Below, one piece after another: positions 40,172 to 50,622 of a stretch of 64,000 nucleotides of DNA (the first letter of the stretch is position 1; every line of letters starts with the position of its first letter). Position numbers and translations under genes: made by a program. The notes beneath the pieces were generated by a model that worked only from the letters and a program-made list of their open reading frames with translations, was not told the origin of the DNA and ran no database searches. Source of the DNA: Minisyncoccota bacterium (lineage in GTDB: Bacteria > Patescibacteriota > Minisyncoccia > Phycocordibacterales > GWA1-40-21); contig JBAZRH010000001.1 in assembly GCA_041663045.1 (NCBI GenBank), forward strand, positions 212,403 through 276,402, given 5' to 3'.

Positions 40172-41026
40172 ATGTTTAATAAAGTCAAAATCGTATTTTT
40201 CGGCAGTTCAGATTTCTCCGTGATTGCACTCGATGAATTAAAAAAACTCGGCATTATGCCAGAACTTATTATCTCTACTCCAGACAGACCGCAAGGCAGA
40301 AAACTCGTCCTCACACCGACTCCCGTAAAGATTTGGGCGGAAAACAATAGCGTAGAGTGTATCACTCCAGAAAAATTAAAAAATTCTGATTTCATTTCAA
40401 AAATATCCGAATACAATCTATTCGTCGTAGCCTCTTATGGGAAAATAATTCCGAAAGAGATTATTGAAATCCCAAAATATAAGATTTTGAATATTCATCC
40501 TTCCCTATTGCCAAAATATCGCGGAGCATCACCCTTGCAAGAACAAATATTAAATAATGAACAAGATATCGGCGTTTCAGTAATGCAAATAGACGAAGAA
40601 ATGGATCATGGAGCAATAATCGCTCAGAAGAAATTGGATATACTCGGCTGGCCTACCGGTTTTAGATCCACGCAAGAAACTTTGGCGAAGGCTGGCGCAG
40701 ATTTACTCGCAGAAATATTGCCTGATTGGATAAAAGGCAAAATCAAGGCAAAAGAGCAGAATCATAGCGAAGCGACATTTACAAAAAAAGTTGAGAAGTC
40801 CGACGGTCTTATAGATATCAAAAACGGTGATCAATTTAAAAATTATCTCAAAATCTTGGCCTATGAAGAGTGGCCACGTGCATTTTTTGAAATCGAAAAA
40901 GGCGGTAAAAAAATAAAAGTAATAATCACAAAAGCTATTTGGAAAGACGGCGTGCTAGAAATCCAAAAAGTCATCCCCGAAGGCAAAAAAGAAATGGATT
41001 ACAAATCTTTCTTGCTTGGACTATAA
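40172..41026 (+). CDS. fmt: Methionyl-tRNA formyltransferase
   Basis: VFFGS, PDRPQGR, NIHPSLLPKYRGASP. Confidence 0.96.
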   Translation: MFNKVKIVFFGSSDFSVIALDELKKLGIMPELIISTPDRPQGRKLVLTPTPVKIWAENNSVECITPEKLKNSDFISKISEYNLFVVASYGKIIPKEIIEIPKYKILNIHPSLLPKYRGASPLQEQILNNEQDIGVSVMQIDEEMDHGAIIAQKKLDILGWPTGFRSTQETLAKAGADLLAEILPDWIKGKIKAKEQNHSEATFTKKVEKSDGLIDIKNGDQFKNYLKILAYEEWPRAFFEIEKGGKKIKVIITKAIWKDGVLEIQKVIPEGKKEMDYKSFLLGL

Positions 41027-41191
41027 TCAGTATGACGCAGCACTAGTGTTTAAACCCCTATCTACCGTGTCCCAATAGTTTATTACACCGACAGATTTAA
41101 CAGAGAGATTGTAAATATAGAACATAAATATCACGATAGTTATGGTCAGTAAAATAATAAGATGTTTTTTTCTTTTATTGCCTATCCCCAT
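41027..41191 (-). CDS. Possible 54-aa single-TM protein (not in ORF track)
   Basis: MGIGNKRKKHLIILLTITIVIFMFYIYN...; overlaps the hpf 3' end and fills the gap exactly. Confidence 0.4.
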   Translation of the reverse strand: MGIGNKRKKHLIILLTITIVIFMFYIYNLSVKSVGVINYWDTVDRGLNTSAASY

Positions 41192-41552
41192 AAAATCCTT
41201 TTAGAATTGCTTTTAATTTTGCACGACCTCTTTTTATAATACTCATTCTCCTATCTTTAAAGGACTTTAATTCATTGGCCATTTCATCATTTACAACGTC
41301 TATAGCAGCATAGAGATCATCTCTTTCTGATGTTGCCCTCAAAGATTTGCCTCCAATATGTAAGGTTAGTTCCGCTTTGAAAAAATCTCCAGATTTATGG
41401 TGCTTTGTCGTCTTGCCGATATCTACATAGCACATTACTGTCTCCAAATCTTCTGGACTTATAAATTTATCCAAATGAGAAAGTCTTTTATCAACATAAT
41501 CGGTAATCGCAGGAGTGAGAAAGATATTTGTCGTCTTAATATTATGCTTCAT
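41175..41552 (-). CDS. hpf: Ribosome hibernation factor (RaiA/HPF short form)
   Basis: LT.AI.DYV.KRL..L.K, DLYAAID. Confidence 0.9.
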   Translation of the reverse strand: MKHNIKTTNIFLTPAITDYVDKRLSHLDKFISPEDLETVMCYVDIGKTTKHHKSGDFFKAELTLHIGGKSLRATSERDDLYAAIDVVNDEMANELKSFKDRRMSIIKRGRAKLKAILKGFYGDRQ

Positions 41553-41554
41553 GT

Positions 41555-41776
41555 TTATTTATCTAAACTTATAATTTTCCCCGGGGAGTGATGACCGCTC
41601 ACTATCCTTACATCACCATTATACACTTTAAAGTGTTCTCGAACTAGTTCTAAAATACGACCGTTTGCAAGTCCACGCTCGGCCGGCTCTTTGACCGACA
41701 CATCGAAATGATCTTCAGACTTTTTTACAAATCTTTCCTTTTTTGCCCCCGCTTGAGCTTTTACTTTTATATACAT
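41555..41776 (-). CDS. DUF167 (YggU-like) protein
   Basis: V.EPAE.G.AN, I.SG..S..K. Confidence 0.88.
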   Translation of the reverse strand: MYIKVKAQAGAKKERFVKKSEDHFDVSVKEPAERGLANGRILELVREHFKVYNGDVRIVSGHHSPGKIISLDK

Positions 41777-42076
41777 AAATAGATTTTACTATACTTTATA
41801 CAAAACAAAAATAGACTGAGCATACTTCCCTTTTCTCATTTCTTCTGCTAATATAATGCCCAGTTCTTTCAAGAAAATTCCGATTAAGTATTTCCCGAGT
41901 AGCAAGCGGTGAAGTGAGTGTTGGGTTGGGACCCGACACGCAAGACTTTTTTAGATAGTTTGGAGCATAGCGACAAAATATCAAAAAAGTGGACAGCTCC
42001 TGTAAGGAGGTTGCCTGTTTTGGCAACTGCACCGATATAGCTACTTTGTAAAATATTTTTTATGGAAAAATATTAT

Positions 42077-42148
42077 TCCGGAGTAGCTCAGCGGTAGAGC
42101 AGTTGCCTGTTAAGCAATTGGTCGCAGGTTCGATCCCTGCCTCCGGAG
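42077..42148 (+). tRNA. tRNA-Asn(GTT)
   Basis: TCCGGAGTAGCTCAGCGGTAGAGCAGTTGCCTGTTAAGCAATTGGTCGCAGGTTCGATCCCTGCCTCCGGAG cloverleaf. Confidence 0.97.
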
Positions 42149-42318
42149 CAAATTAAAAACGCCACCCCTGTGTGGTGTTTTTCAATTTGCGACGGAGAGA
42201 AAGCTCTGGGAGAGCTTTCGTGCAGGGATCGAAAGATTTTCTATGTTTGCGAAAATCTCTATTTGAGCAAACCAGAAAATCACGCGCTGTAGGCGAGATA
42301 CCCCTGCCTCCGTAGCAA
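42149..42318 (+). repeat. tRNA-3'-derived element downstream of tRNA-Asn
   Basis: Split antisense copy (42184-42233) and direct copy CCCTGCCTCCGTAGCAA (42302-42318). Confidence 0.8.
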
Positions 42319-42394
42319 CTTGATAGTTATTATTTAATATGTTATTATGTAGAAGGAGTGAAATTAATGTTTAATAGATAAAGGAGATTAGTGT

Positions 42395-42658
42395 ATGTTC
42401 ACGAAGATTACCGTCAACGCCAATGCTGAGCGAGCACTGCTCGACCTACAGCAAAAACTCAAGGATGGAATCAGTATTAACAATCGCGCGGTACCAGACT
42501 TGCCCTGTATAGGATGTGACCGTGTGGATGAACGATTCGTGCAGACCGTTGGTGCACATCAATCCCACTGTGCTTGGAATCACATGTTCCATTGCAATCA
42601 GTGCGGTTATGATAGCAATCTAGCCAAGTACTTGGGTCTCGACTGTAACTGTAAGTAA
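42395..42658 (+). CDS. Small Cys-rich (zinc-ribbon-like) orphan protein
   Basis: AAGGAG SD; CIGC and CNQC pairs. Confidence 0.6.
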   Translation: MFTKITVNANAERALLDLQQKLKDGISINNRAVPDLPCIGCDRVDERFVQTVGAHQSHCAWNHMFHCNQCGYDSNLAKYLGLDCNCK

Positions 42659-42797
42659 ACCCAAATATCTGGTCAAAAACATTTGCCACATGATTCTAGG
42701 CTGGAATCATGTGGTATTTTTTATATTTAACAGACAGTATTTATAATCTTGAGGGTATCTGTATATACAAATGATATATGTTTGATATAATTTTGGA

Positions 42798-44753
42798 ATG
42801 GGAGAAAATCTTATTCTAGAAAAGACGTCGCCCAATAAGCTTGAACTTACTAATGAACAGTTAGAGAAATTTAACCGTATCTATAAATATCTGGGTGTAG
42901 ACACTTTCGATAGTATGTCTAACCAAAATCATGATTTTGAGAGATTCGAGAAAGAGTGGAATTCACATTCATATGATATTGAAAGGCTCACGGCCCTATT
43001 ATCCAACAGAAGAAAATGGGTAGAGATAATGTCACTTGGTCCTAAGTTTCAAGAATTCATTGAAGGAGAAATTACTAAGAATCTCGAGGATAAGACGAGA
43101 ATAGCTAGCTATAATAGATACAAACTAATAACAGACTATTTTTCATTGGGATACGATACTCCAAACAGTTTTATCATTACTTTATTAAATAATGAGACTG
43201 TATGGAACAACCCGGATGGTAGTACTATGCATAAACTATTGAACTATATTGAAAGAAAGAGGAGCCCAGAAATCACTGACGCTGTAAAACAATATATAGA
43301 GAGAATAATTGAAGATGACTATACCAGACATCAATATCTTACTGGTGATTTAGCAAACGCGTTAAATACGCTCGGTATAATTGCCAACATAGGAACAGCT
43401 AGAGATACACTCGCAAATATATTATCTAAAAAACCGTCCCTAACAGCCTATTTTGCTGGCCATGGAGATATCTTTGATGGAATATTAGGGTTATATTACA
43501 AGGAAGTCAAACCTAATGAATTTGACCCTACAAAAGAAAACGAAAGACTTAAATCTTTAGAAGAAGAACTCGCACGCCTTAAAAAACATCCGGTAGACAG
43601 ACCAAAAGATTTAGATGACGATGAAGGCTACGACGACTATTATGGTACATCTTCATTGGGAGGTATATCATTAACAGATGATCCATGGAATGAAGGTTCA
43701 CACCTTAGGGATGAGAGAATGGAAACACTAGACAAAGAGACAGACGAGATGATTGGGAGGGTTAATAATCTAACTTTAAATGAGGGCCTTGCCCCTACGG
43801 CTGTATCAGCAATTCAACTTAATGTCTTTAATTTTCTCAGACAGAGCAGCGGGGCGACTGATGAAGAAGTCATGATACGAATTGAAAAACTCAGGAGATT
43901 GTCAGATAAAGAGAAATTGTCTAGTAACATTAAAAATCCATTGCCTACCATGGGTATAGAAATAGAGATACCAATGAATGTACTAGATGGTAAAAAAGTA
44001 GCTATATTAAACAAGTTCTTTATATCAAACTACCGAGAAATACTGGATGATTTGTGGGAAGTCAACCCAGATTTCTCATATTGTGCAGAAACACAAGCAC
44101 GAATAATACAAGAATTAGCAAAGATGGGAGCTCTACCGATTGATCGAGCTACCAAAAAGATAGATGACTACAGTCTCCTCTCTCTTCATGTAAATTTTGG
44201 TATACCAAGCGGTATTACGGGAGAAGATCTGGATAAATATCAGATAAAAATGGAATTAATGAACGACGTATTAATATATGCATATTCCTCAATAAATAGA
44301 ATAAAGGGAAGAAAGACTAATACATCTCTGACGTGGAATCATGCGGCTTCTTCAAGTGAAAAGAATAGTAATGGTATAGATCAGATTAGGGTTCGTAGTC
44401 AGGCCGTCAGACTTGAGTTGAGAGCGAATGAATTTAAAGATTACCCGACGTACAGAATGCTATCTGAATCGCAAGAAATCGTCGCAATGTTCTGTTCTTA
44501 CCTAAAGGTTAAAGAGGGATTACAGTATACTTTTGTCGATGCATATCTGTCAGATTTGTGGGATAAATTCGAGATAGAGGTATCTAACTATCTTAAGTCT
44601 GAAGGGTTATCACCAAACTCAGTCGATATGAACAGAGACCTTGTTATAGAGAAAATGCAAAATACTGATATACAAAAATGGTCAAGATTTCTTGTCTTTG
44701 ATTATGCAAAGAAAGTAAGAGAAGTGATTAAAGATATAGTTCCGGTTATATAA
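42798..44753 (+). CDS. Hypothetical protein with C-terminal carboxylate-amine ligase-like motifs
   Basis: PTMGIEIE, WEVN, SLHVNFG, RLELR. Confidence 0.6.
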   Translation: MGENLILEKTSPNKLELTNEQLEKFNRIYKYLGVDTFDSMSNQNHDFERFEKEWNSHSYDIERLTALLSNRRKWVEIMSLGPKFQEFIEGEITKNLEDKTRIASYNRYKLITDYFSLGYDTPNSFIITLLNNETVWNNPDGSTMHKLLNYIERKRSPEITDAVKQYIERIIEDDYTRHQYLTGDLANALNTLGIIANIGTARDTLANILSKKPSLTAYFAGHGDIFDGILGLYYKEVKPNEFDPTKENERLKSLEEELARLKKHPVDRPKDLDDDEGYDDYYGTSSLGGISLTDDPWNEGSHLRDERMETLDKETDEMIGRVNNLTLNEGLAPTAVSAIQLNVFNFLRQSSGATDEEVMIRIEKLRRLSDKEKLSSNIKNPLPTMGIEIEIPMNVLDGKKVAILNKFFISNYREILDDLWEVNPDFSYCAETQARIIQELAKMGALPIDRATKKIDDYSLLSLHVNFGIPSGITGEDLDKYQIKMELMNDVLIYAYSSINRIKGRKTNTSLTWNHAASSSEKNSNGIDQIRVRSQAVRLELRANEFKDYPTYRMLSESQEIVAMFCSYLKVKEGLQYTFVDAYLSDLWDKFEIEVSNYLKSEGLSPNSVDMNRDLVIEKMQNTDIQKWSRFLVFDYAKKVREVIKDIVPVI

Positions 44754-44964
44754 ATCTAATTTTCTCTGACTCAACCGTAATCCTCCCCCACTCCACAATT
44801 CTGAACTTGCTCACAAGATGGAGCCAGTTAGGACAACCAAATGTATTGATATTTCTATCGACTTGACATCATTTGGTGGTTTGATATACTTTCTATATTA
44901 AGACGAAGAGGGATCCAAACGGTTCACTACCTAAGGAGCCCTTTTCTTTTTATACGGAATTGTT

Positions 44965-45459
44965 TTATTTGATCTTCTCCTTAATATCTTTACTTTCTAA
45001 ATAATCAAAATATTCAGAACCAAGAGATTTATACAAGGACGAAGCAAATTTCTTGTTCGGAAACAGGATTTTTCCAAATTTATTTTCTTCAATCAAAAAA
45101 TCGACCAGTGCTTTAAAATCTCCATCTCCTGAGACCAAAATAATCTTATCAAAAGGTTCGCCTTTGTAGATTTTTTTCATTATTTGAAATACAATTTCAG
45201 TATCGACATTGCCTTTCTTTTTACCTAGCATGGCCGAATTATGTTCTCTGAATTTTAGGATCATCCCTGATTTTTGGATTTTATCATATAATTCATCATT
45301 CTCGTCCTGAACATAACCTAGAAAATAATACACATCTGACACATTGTATTTTCTTTCCAGATATATTTTGAATTTAACCAAATTAATTTCCCAAGGCGAA
45401 TTACAGCTTTTAGTCCCCATATATAGGTTCTGTCCATCAATAAAAGCAATGTTTTTCAT
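44965..45459 (-). CDS. NYN (LabA/DUF88, PIN-like) domain protein
   Basis: FIDGQNL, KGNVD, LVSGDGDF. Confidence 0.92.
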   Translation of the reverse strand: MKNIAFIDGQNLYMGTKSCNSPWEINLVKFKIYLERKYNVSDVYYFLGYVQDENDELYDKIQKSGMILKFREHNSAMLGKKKGNVDTEIVFQIMKKIYKGEPFDKIILVSGDGDFKALVDFLIEENKFGKILFPNKKFASSLYKSLGSEYFDYLESKDIKEKIK

Positions 45460-45696
45460 GCGGTAGATTATAACATAATTTGAATTACCAATGCAGGAAA
45501 AGTACTTAAAACTCCACTCGACTCAAGCTCATTTTTAATTTTATTCCAGTTTGCAGTTCTAAATGTATCAACTAGTTGGAGCCGTAAAGCAAAACCCTTT
45601 GACTCTAAATCAATAATATCCTAGTATGATTTATGAAGGGAGCATAACCCATAAAAAAGCCAACTGATTTTCAGTTGTGTTCTAGGAGAAATAAAG

Positions 45697-46317
45697 ATGA
45701 AGATGAAAAGGACTGCATTACTGTCAGTATTCGACAAGACTGGTATTGTCGAGTTCGGACGCGACCTAAATAATCTCGGCTTCGATATTCTTGCCTCAGG
45801 CGGAACAGCTCGGGCTTTGACTGAAGCTGGTATCGAAGTCACTGATGTGGCTACAATTGTCGGTGAGCCGATTCTTGGTCACCGAGTTGTTACACTGTCG
45901 CGCCAGATCCACGCTGCCCTGCTTGCCCAAGACAATGAAGAAGACAGGGCAGAACTGGCAAGGATCGGTATTCCTAAGATCGATCTCGTATACGTGAACA
46001 TGTATCCGCTGGAAGCAGAAGTGGCAAAAGATGGACACACGCTCCAGAGCGTTATCGAGAAGACCGACATCGGCGGACCGACCATGTTACGTTCGGCAGC
46101 CAAGGGACGCCGTATTGTCATGTGCCACCCCGATCAAATTCCTTCAGTTCTGGCAACGATAAAGGAACAGGACTTCATGAACGGCGGCAAGATGTGCGAG
46201 TCGTTCCTTTCCACGCTTGTAAGCATCGCGGAACGGACGGTCAGTGCATACTGTCTCTGCTCGGCGGATTTCCATGCGGAGGTCGCACGGAATCTCGAAT
46301 TTGTCGAGAAAGATTGA
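45697..46317 (+). CDS. purH: PurH N-terminal (IMP cyclohydrolase, MGS-like) domain only
   Basis: ALLSVFDKTG, SGGTA..L, HRV.TL, VNMYP, DIGGPTMLRSAAK; no AICAR transformylase domain. Confidence 0.8.
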   Translation: MKMKRTALLSVFDKTGIVEFGRDLNNLGFDILASGGTARALTEAGIEVTDVATIVGEPILGHRVVTLSRQIHAALLAQDNEEDRAELARIGIPKIDLVYVNMYPLEAEVAKDGHTLQSVIEKTDIGGPTMLRSAAKGRRIVMCHPDQIPSVLATIKEQDFMNGGKMCESFLSTLVSIAERTVSAYCLCSADFHAEVARNLEFVEKD

Positions 46318-46495
46318 TCGGCTTCGTCATAGTTGAATCGCCAAGGATTGTATCCTTGGCGATTTTTTTATACTTTACTTTTTGTCATAAAAGTATAGTA
46401 TCAGAAATAGAAATTTACTCGTTTGAGTATACTGTTCCTTGACAAGAACAGAGCAGATAGGAAACAAAAATAAACAGAAAGTAGAGGTAGAGAAA

Positions 46496-48610
46496 ATGAT
46501 AGCAAAATTAGTTAGGAACTTCGGTCTATACGAAGTCTGTTTCTACATTGAAATGATTTCGGAAATGACCCTGGCAGAACTTCAAAAACTCCGCTGGGTA
46601 ATTGCCGAGACCTTCGAACCATTGCTTACGGGAGATCGTCATTCCTATAGCGAAGGTTCGTTTGTGGAAATTGGTCCGCGTCTCAACGTGGAAACACCTT
46701 TTTCAACCAATGCTGTGGCAATTTGCCATGCAATGGGTTTGGACAAGGTGGTTCGGATTGAACAGTCGAAAATATACAAACTGGATGGAGCCACGCGTGA
46801 AGAAATTCTCGCACAACATTTGGATCAGATGACGTAAGTTGTCTATCCACCTGGTGGTATCTCCAGTTTCAGTCTTGATTCGATCACAGCAGAAGTGCAG
46901 ATCATCCCAGTTCTTGAACAGGGAGAAGATGCACTACGAGCAGCGAACAAATTGCTCGGCCTCGGCATGGACAGTTGGGATATCACCTACTATACGGAAC
47001 TTTTCCGCAAGTATGGGAGAAATCCAACCGACGTGGAGCTATTCCAAATCGGTAATGCCAACAGCGAGCATTGTCGTCACTGGTACTTCAAAGGGAAGAT
47101 GGTGATCGACGGCGTGGAAATGCCGGAGTGTTTGCTCGATATCGTTCGGGCGCCGCTTCTTGCAGTTTCTGGCTTAAATGTCAGCATGCTCGCATTCAAC
47201 GATAACGTTGGTGCCTTGTATGGTCATCGGGTGCAGTTTTTTGTACCAGCAAATCCCGGGCAACCCTCGGAATTTAAGTCGGTACAGAGAACACTTCATC
47301 CGACAGCGACTGCGGAAACGCATAATCATCCGACACTCATCGCCCCCTATCCAGGAGCGGCGACGAAAATCGGTGGTCGTATCCGTGATACCTGCGCCGG
47401 CGGACGTGGATCGCTCATCGGGTTTGGAACAGCGGGATATTGCGTCGGTAATCTGTTCCTTCCTGGCGATTACAAAATCCCTGGTGAGGTCATTGGTGGC
47501 GAGGTAAGCAATAAGCATGCAACGCCACTTCGAATTCTCCTTGAAGGAAGTAACGGAGACTTCGACTACGGAAATCAATTCGGTGAGCCGACAATTGGTG
47601 GCTTTACCAGAACCTTTTGCCAGATAGTTAGTGGCGAAAGGCGCGAGTTCCGTAAGCCGATCTTTTACGGCGGCGGAGTTGGTCACATTGAGGACAAGCA
47701 CACGAAAAAGCAGACCCCTGAAAAAGGAATGCTTATCGTGGCTATCGGTGGGCCGGCCTATGATATTGGTTTTGGCGGTGGGGCCGCATCGAGTATGGCA
47801 CAAGGTCAAAATGACGCCGGGCTTGATTTCAAATCAGTTCAGCGTGGTAACGGCGAGATGGGCAATAAAGCTGTTCGCGTCATTCGAGCGTGCGTGGAGA
47901 TGGGAGACAAAAATCCTATTGAAGCAATTCACGATCAAGGCGCGGGCGGTCCAAGCAATGTCATAACCGAACTCGTCGAGATTATTGGCGGACGGGCAGA
48001 CATTCGACAGATTCGTCTTGGCGACAAGACGATGGCCGTCATCTCCATCTGGAGTGCTGAATATCAGGAGCGCTATGGCTTCCTGATCAAGCCGGACTGT
48101 CGGAAGCTGTTCGAGGATATTTGCGCTCGTGAACGGGTGAACTGCGAAATACTGGGAGAGATTACTGGCGATGGGTACATCACGGTGATTGACTCAGCAA
48201 AAAACACGACACCTGTTCATCTCAATCTGCGAGATATCTTGGGCAAGTTGCCGCAGAAGACGTTCAAGTCCGATCACAAGCCGATGGATCTCAAACCACT
48301 AGAATTACCCGACGATTTGTCGTTCAACGACGCGGCAGAAATTGTCCTGAAGCAGGTATCTGTCGGATCGAAGGGTTTCCTGGTACGGAAAGTGGATCGG
48401 AGCGTCGGTGGACGCGTGGTGCAACAACAGTGTTGTGGCGCAAGTCAGGTGCCGATCGGAAATGTTCAAGTCTTGGCTGGCGGACCGGATGGAAATAATC
48501 CTACATTATTGAATCAGAGATTGCATCAGCTTCTAATGATAACCGTCTGTATTATACTACCTTCATTTGCATTGAGTGTTGCAGGCAAATACTTGAACGA
48601 TAAGTCTTAG
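46496..48610 (+). pseudogene. purL: Large-type FGAM synthase with in-frame stop and C-terminal truncation
   Basis: EIGPR..., NSEHCRH, ETHNHPT, HDQGAGG, KVDRSV; TAA at 46835-46837 in frame; similarity ends near 48475. Confidence 0.85.
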
Positions 48611-48794
48611 ACACCCTTGCCTTTATTTTTTATTTTTCTCCGATCTTAAACTTGTAATCTGGAGTGATTCAAAGTTATTAAACTTAGCTAACGCTGATTT
48701 GACTTTGGTATAGACTAGTGTTAGCCTAATGAAAGATTAGTAAAGAGAGTTTACAAACTCTTTAAAAACAACAAAATATACAAAGGAGACGTCT

Positions 48795-49391
48795 GTGAAG
48801 AACGAATACAGCGTGGAGTCATTTATCCGTGACCAGTTGGTAAAATTGGTTTCGGATTTCACCAGTCTGAATGCAATGTTCATCTCATACCGACCGATTG
48901 GTGAATACCAAGATGGCTTGGTAAAGACAAATAAAGATGGCCTGCAGATTTTCGTCTCAAAAGGAAAAGAGGCCAACCAAGATCTTGCGGCATTAGGTAT
49001 ATGGACGCTTGCCCATGGCACGATCGAAGAAGATGTCGCTTATCACAATACCTGCCAAAGGATTGCCACAAACGAAGTCGCAGGAGTTGTCGGGAAAATA
49101 CCAAGTGAAAGAAAGAGCGATGTCTTGGTAATTTATCTCGGCTTGAGTGGCTTCAATGCGGCGGTTGAATTCATAAGGAAGACAAAAGAAACTATCCCTG
49201 CCATGAAAGTCGTGGCAGTGACTTGTGACTGTGACCTCGAATCCAAGAGGCCTACGGCTTCCCTTCTGATTGCATCCGGAGAGATTGACTATTTCGTCGT
49301 CACCAAAGGTTGCGGCGGCACTGGCGCGATGTCGAAAATTCTGGAAGCAATGATTGAGACATGGCCGAGTAAGGAACCGGTTCCAGCCTGA
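48795..49391 (+). CDS. Hypothetical orphan protein
   Basis: AAGGAG SD with GTG start; terminator at 49415-49448. Confidence 0.65.
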   Translation: MKNEYSVESFIRDQLVKLVSDFTSLNAMFISYRPIGEYQDGLVKTNKDGLQIFVSKGKEANQDLAALGIWTLAHGTIEEDVAYHNTCQRIATNEVAGVVGKIPSERKSDVLVIYLGLSGFNAAVEFIRKTKETIPAMKVVAVTCDCDLESKRPTASLLIASGEIDYFVVTKGCGGTGAMSKILEAMIETWPSKEPVPA

Positions 49392-49608
49392 TCAACATGA
49401 CCAAAAGTTGTTCTAACCCGCTATCATAGGATGGCGGGTTTTGTTTTGTATAAATTTGGTGCCTTTTCTTTTAGGTCTCAACCGCTAATATAAGCCTATG
49501 TCATAAGGGTTATTTTTGATATCTCAATAAGATCTATAACTAGTCAACATTTAAATTGATTTAGGAGTATAATATGAATACAGTTTAACAGTTTATTAAC
49601 TAAAATTT

Positions 49609-50148
49609 ATGAATAAAAAAATATTATACATCTTATCTGTCTTGTTTGTGTTTGCATTAGTAGGTGCAACCGGTGTTTATGCCGATGAAAGATCTGACGA
49701 TGAAGAATCAGACAATGCTACTAGCTCAATCGGTGAGCAACATAGAAGTAGAGTTGCTGATTTTGCAGAAGAATTAGAAAAAATTGACGATAAAGATGAT
49801 GCAGTTGAAAATGAAATAAAGACAATTGCTCGTGAAGAAAAAGATACAAGTGAAAGAGTAAAAGAAAAGATGGATAAAGTTGAGAAAAGAAATGGTTTCA
49901 AGATTTTTCTAATAGGTTCAGACTATAAGAATCTTGGGGCTTTAAGAAGCGAGCTAGTATCAACAGAAAACCGTCTAAATAGATTAAATAAAGCTCTTGC
50001 TAAGACAACTAGCTCATCGACTCAAGCCGAGCTACAAACGCAAATCGACGAGCTTACTACAATTAAAACAGAAGCGGATTCTTTTGTTAAAGACAATGAA
50101 AGCAAATTCAGTCTGCTGGGCTGGCTTGTAAGAATGTTTAACAGATAG
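49609..50148 (+). CDS. Secreted coiled-coil protein
   Basis: Signal peptide ending VYA; FLIG.DYKNLG.LRSE; FSL.GW. Confidence 0.75.
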   Translation: MNKKILYILSVLFVFALVGATGVYADERSDDEESDNATSSIGEQHRSRVADFAEELEKIDDKDDAVENEIKTIAREEKDTSERVKEKMDKVEKRNGFKIFLIGSDYKNLGALRSELVSTENRLNRLNKALAKTTSSSTQAELQTQIDELTTIKTEADSFVKDNESKFSLLGWLVRMFNR

Positions 50149-50219
50149 AAGGCGGTATTTACTCGGAGGTAGAGCCATGAGGTTATAAAACCCTTATAGT
50201 TTTGCTTCGTCTATATCAT

Positions 50220-50399
50220 ATGAACAAAATTAAAATAATATGCTCCGTTCTATTAGTACTATTCGGCGTATTTATGTTTGTCTATGGTGAAATAGACGAC
50301 AGCCCTGGAGGGCAAATACTTGGTCTCATAACAGCCATTGTCGGTATTGTGGGTATTGTAAAAAGTAAGAAAAAAGAGCAAGCAACTCAAGGTAAATAG
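50220..50399 (+). CDS. Small 2-TM protein
   Basis: YGE.DDSPGGQ.LG between two TMs. Confidence 0.7.
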   Translation: MNKIKIICSVLLVLFGVFMFVYGEIDDSPGGQILGLITAIVGIVGIVKSKKKEQATQGK

Positions 50400-50427
50400 G
50401 ATTGAGATATCGTGATATAATAAGGTC

Positions 50428-50613
50428 ATGCAAAAAATAGCAACAAAAATATTCGTTATTGCCTCTATCACTTTCGTAATCTTGGGTACTATCATGATAC
50501 TCACTGGAGGACCAGACAAGGGAGGAATAATACAAGAATTATTTTTTATAAACGTATTTATAATACTGTCTTCGTTTGCGCTTAGCGTCGCTGGTAAATA
50601 TCTCAAAAGTTAA
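50428..50613 (+). CDS. Small 2-TM protein
   Basis: Ends SFALSVAGKYL; a paralogous tail is fused to the purL remnant. Confidence 0.7.
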   Translation: MQKIATKIFVIASITFVILGTIMILTGGPDKGGIIQELFFINVFIILSSFALSVAGKYLKS

Positions 50614-50622
50614 AATAACCAT

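Noticed and set aside
45630-45696. Purine or ZTP riboswitch upstream of purH
   Set aside because: Only a short hairpin; no aptamer consensus recognised
46835-46837. Stop-codon reassignment explaining the purL break
   Set aside because: The stop is TAA, the commonest terminator here; TGA also ends genes normally; purL is truncated downstream anyway
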